From: Elsinoe ampelina | Taxonomy: Eukaryota | Length of the DNA: 64,000 bases | Direction: 5' to 3' | Assembly (NCBI GenBank): GCA_010093995.1 | Contig: ML992506.1 | Span: 430,832-494,831 of the forward strand | In this document: positions 62,951-64,000 of the stretch, piece after piece | Layout of the letters: each line of letters begins with the position of its first letter | Numbering within the stretch: position 1 is the first letter of the stretch | Position numbers and translations under genes: made by a program | Notes under the pieces: generated by a model | The model's input: the letters and a program-made list of their open reading frames with translations, nothing else | The model's database searches: none | What the model was told of the DNA's origin: nothing

Positions 62951-64000
62951 TCAAGGAGAGTGTCTCAACAGCCAGTTCACCGCCCGGTCAACGTGAAGTC
63001 CATCTCCACTGTCGGTGATTCGAAGCGCTTCCCTCGCCTGGTTTGGAGTGAATCCCATTGAGACGACGTTCTGCACCGCAATGTCTGCAGAGTTCGTTCT
63101 CAACCTAGGCATCTGCGGTTGTTCAGTTCGAGGGGTCCACTCGCTTTGTCGCCTCGAGGCAGACCGCTGAAGAGCATGGTGCTGTGGTGGCGTTGAGGGG
63201 TGCCATGTTGGTGGAGTCAAAGTGGGAGCTGGCGAATGTGCCTGCTTGAGTGCTGGATGCTGTTGAGCAAGTGGTGAAGGTGTTCGTAAGGGGAGAGGAG
63301 GAGGAACGTCTCTTAAAGGACTTCGAAGTGGGACGGCAAGAGTGCTGCTGCTGCTCTGGGCTGGAAGATATTGCTCTTCCTGGATGGGGCTGACCTTCTT
63401 CGTCCATGCTGCTGTCCTTGCAGCGGCATTCATAGGGCTCGCAGGGAAGGCAGTCATTGGAGTGCCGCTCACAGGAGTACGGCCAACCAGTGTGACACTA
63501 CTGGCGACGCTTGCCCTGTTGGAACCAGTCATGCGGGAGAAGAGGCTCATCGGGCGCTCCGTTGCCATGTCAATGAGAGGGAGTCGCTTGTAAGAGCTGC
63601 TACAACGAGCAGCGCGGATCTCGGCGGCGAGTGTGGCAACACGCTTGCGAGAAAGCTCCTTCCGCTCCTGGTCCTTAGCAGACAATGTGCTTGGGTGAGG
63701 AGTGACAGTGACACGCTCTTCGTAAAGACGGCAAAGAGGCTCGCGAAGGAATGGTCCGCGGGAAGAGTTGAACGCTGGCGGTGACCACTCCATCCACCCG
63801 TTGAGGGCAGCAATTGCAAACCCAGAGTTCGTGTTATGAGACAGCTCGGCGAGCTTCAACACCGCCGACGGACCGAGGGTGAGGACATGAAAGATCCACT
63901 CCTCAAGCACCAACGACTCGGTCTCCGTATCACCCTTCTCGATCGTAGAGGACGAGTAGATACCATGAGTGCGAGCCTGGCGAGTCTTCCCGACATAGTC
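62951..64000 (-). CDS. Protein with a C-terminal UBA domain; 5' end outside the window
   Basis: C-terminal AVQNVVSMGFTPNQAREALRITD..VDRAVNWLL is a UBA-like three-helix motif. The ORF is at least 320 aa. Confidence 0.75.
   Translation of the reverse strand, partial: DYVGKTRQARTHGIYSSSTIEKGDTETESLVLEEWIFHVLTLGPSAVLKLAELSHNTNSGFAIAALNGWMEWSPPAFNSSRGPFLREPLCRLYEERVTVTPHPSTLSAKDQERKELSRKRVATLAAEIRAARCSSSYKRLPLIDMATERPMSLFSRMTGSNRASVASSVTLVGRTPVSGTPMTAFPASPMNAAARTAAWTKKVSPIQEEQYLPAQSSSSTLAVPLRSPLRDVPPPLPLRTPSPLAQQHPALKQAHSPAPTLTPPTWHPSTPPQHHALQRSASRRQSEWTPRTEQPQMPRLRTNSADIAVQNVVSMGFTPNQAREALRITDSGDGLHVDRAVNWLLRHSP

Overview
This is a gene-dense window from a filamentous ascomycete (Pezizomycotina). 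The evidence is short GT-AG introns with CTRAY branch sites, typical fungal gene families and a RIP-like AT-rich island. About 31 protein-coding loci can be reconstructed. The first ~8.7 kb looks accessory. It holds a PNP_UDP-NB-ARC NLR-type gene cut by the left edge, a C-terminal remnant of a subgroup C (killer-toxin-like) chitinase facing away from a secreted 3xLysM protein with an unrecognised ~245-aa Cys-containing tail, a 2EXR gene, and a 1.74-kb AT-rich element. That element is one giant imperfect palindrome with terminal inverted repeats and a 210-bp perfectly identical arm segment. The rest is mostly housekeeping or metabolic: a beta-propeller protein, two PTH11-like paralogs, an ABCC transporter, a peroxiredoxin, an AIF-like oxidoreductase, a GH1 beta-glucosidase, an amino-acid permease, xylitol dehydrogenase, a cupin, an HMG-box protein, ACO2-type aconitase, a Tcp11 protein, Ima1, an MFS transporter, ALG14, uL24m, an SDR, peptidase C45, GRX5, PPC decarboxylase, asparagine synthetase and a UBA protein. 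The most striking unexplained window-wide signal is about 13 short domains (0.5-1.2 kb) in which the + strand flips from C/A-rich to G/T-rich. These flips occur inside and between genes on either strand. All annotations were made by eye; no database search was run.
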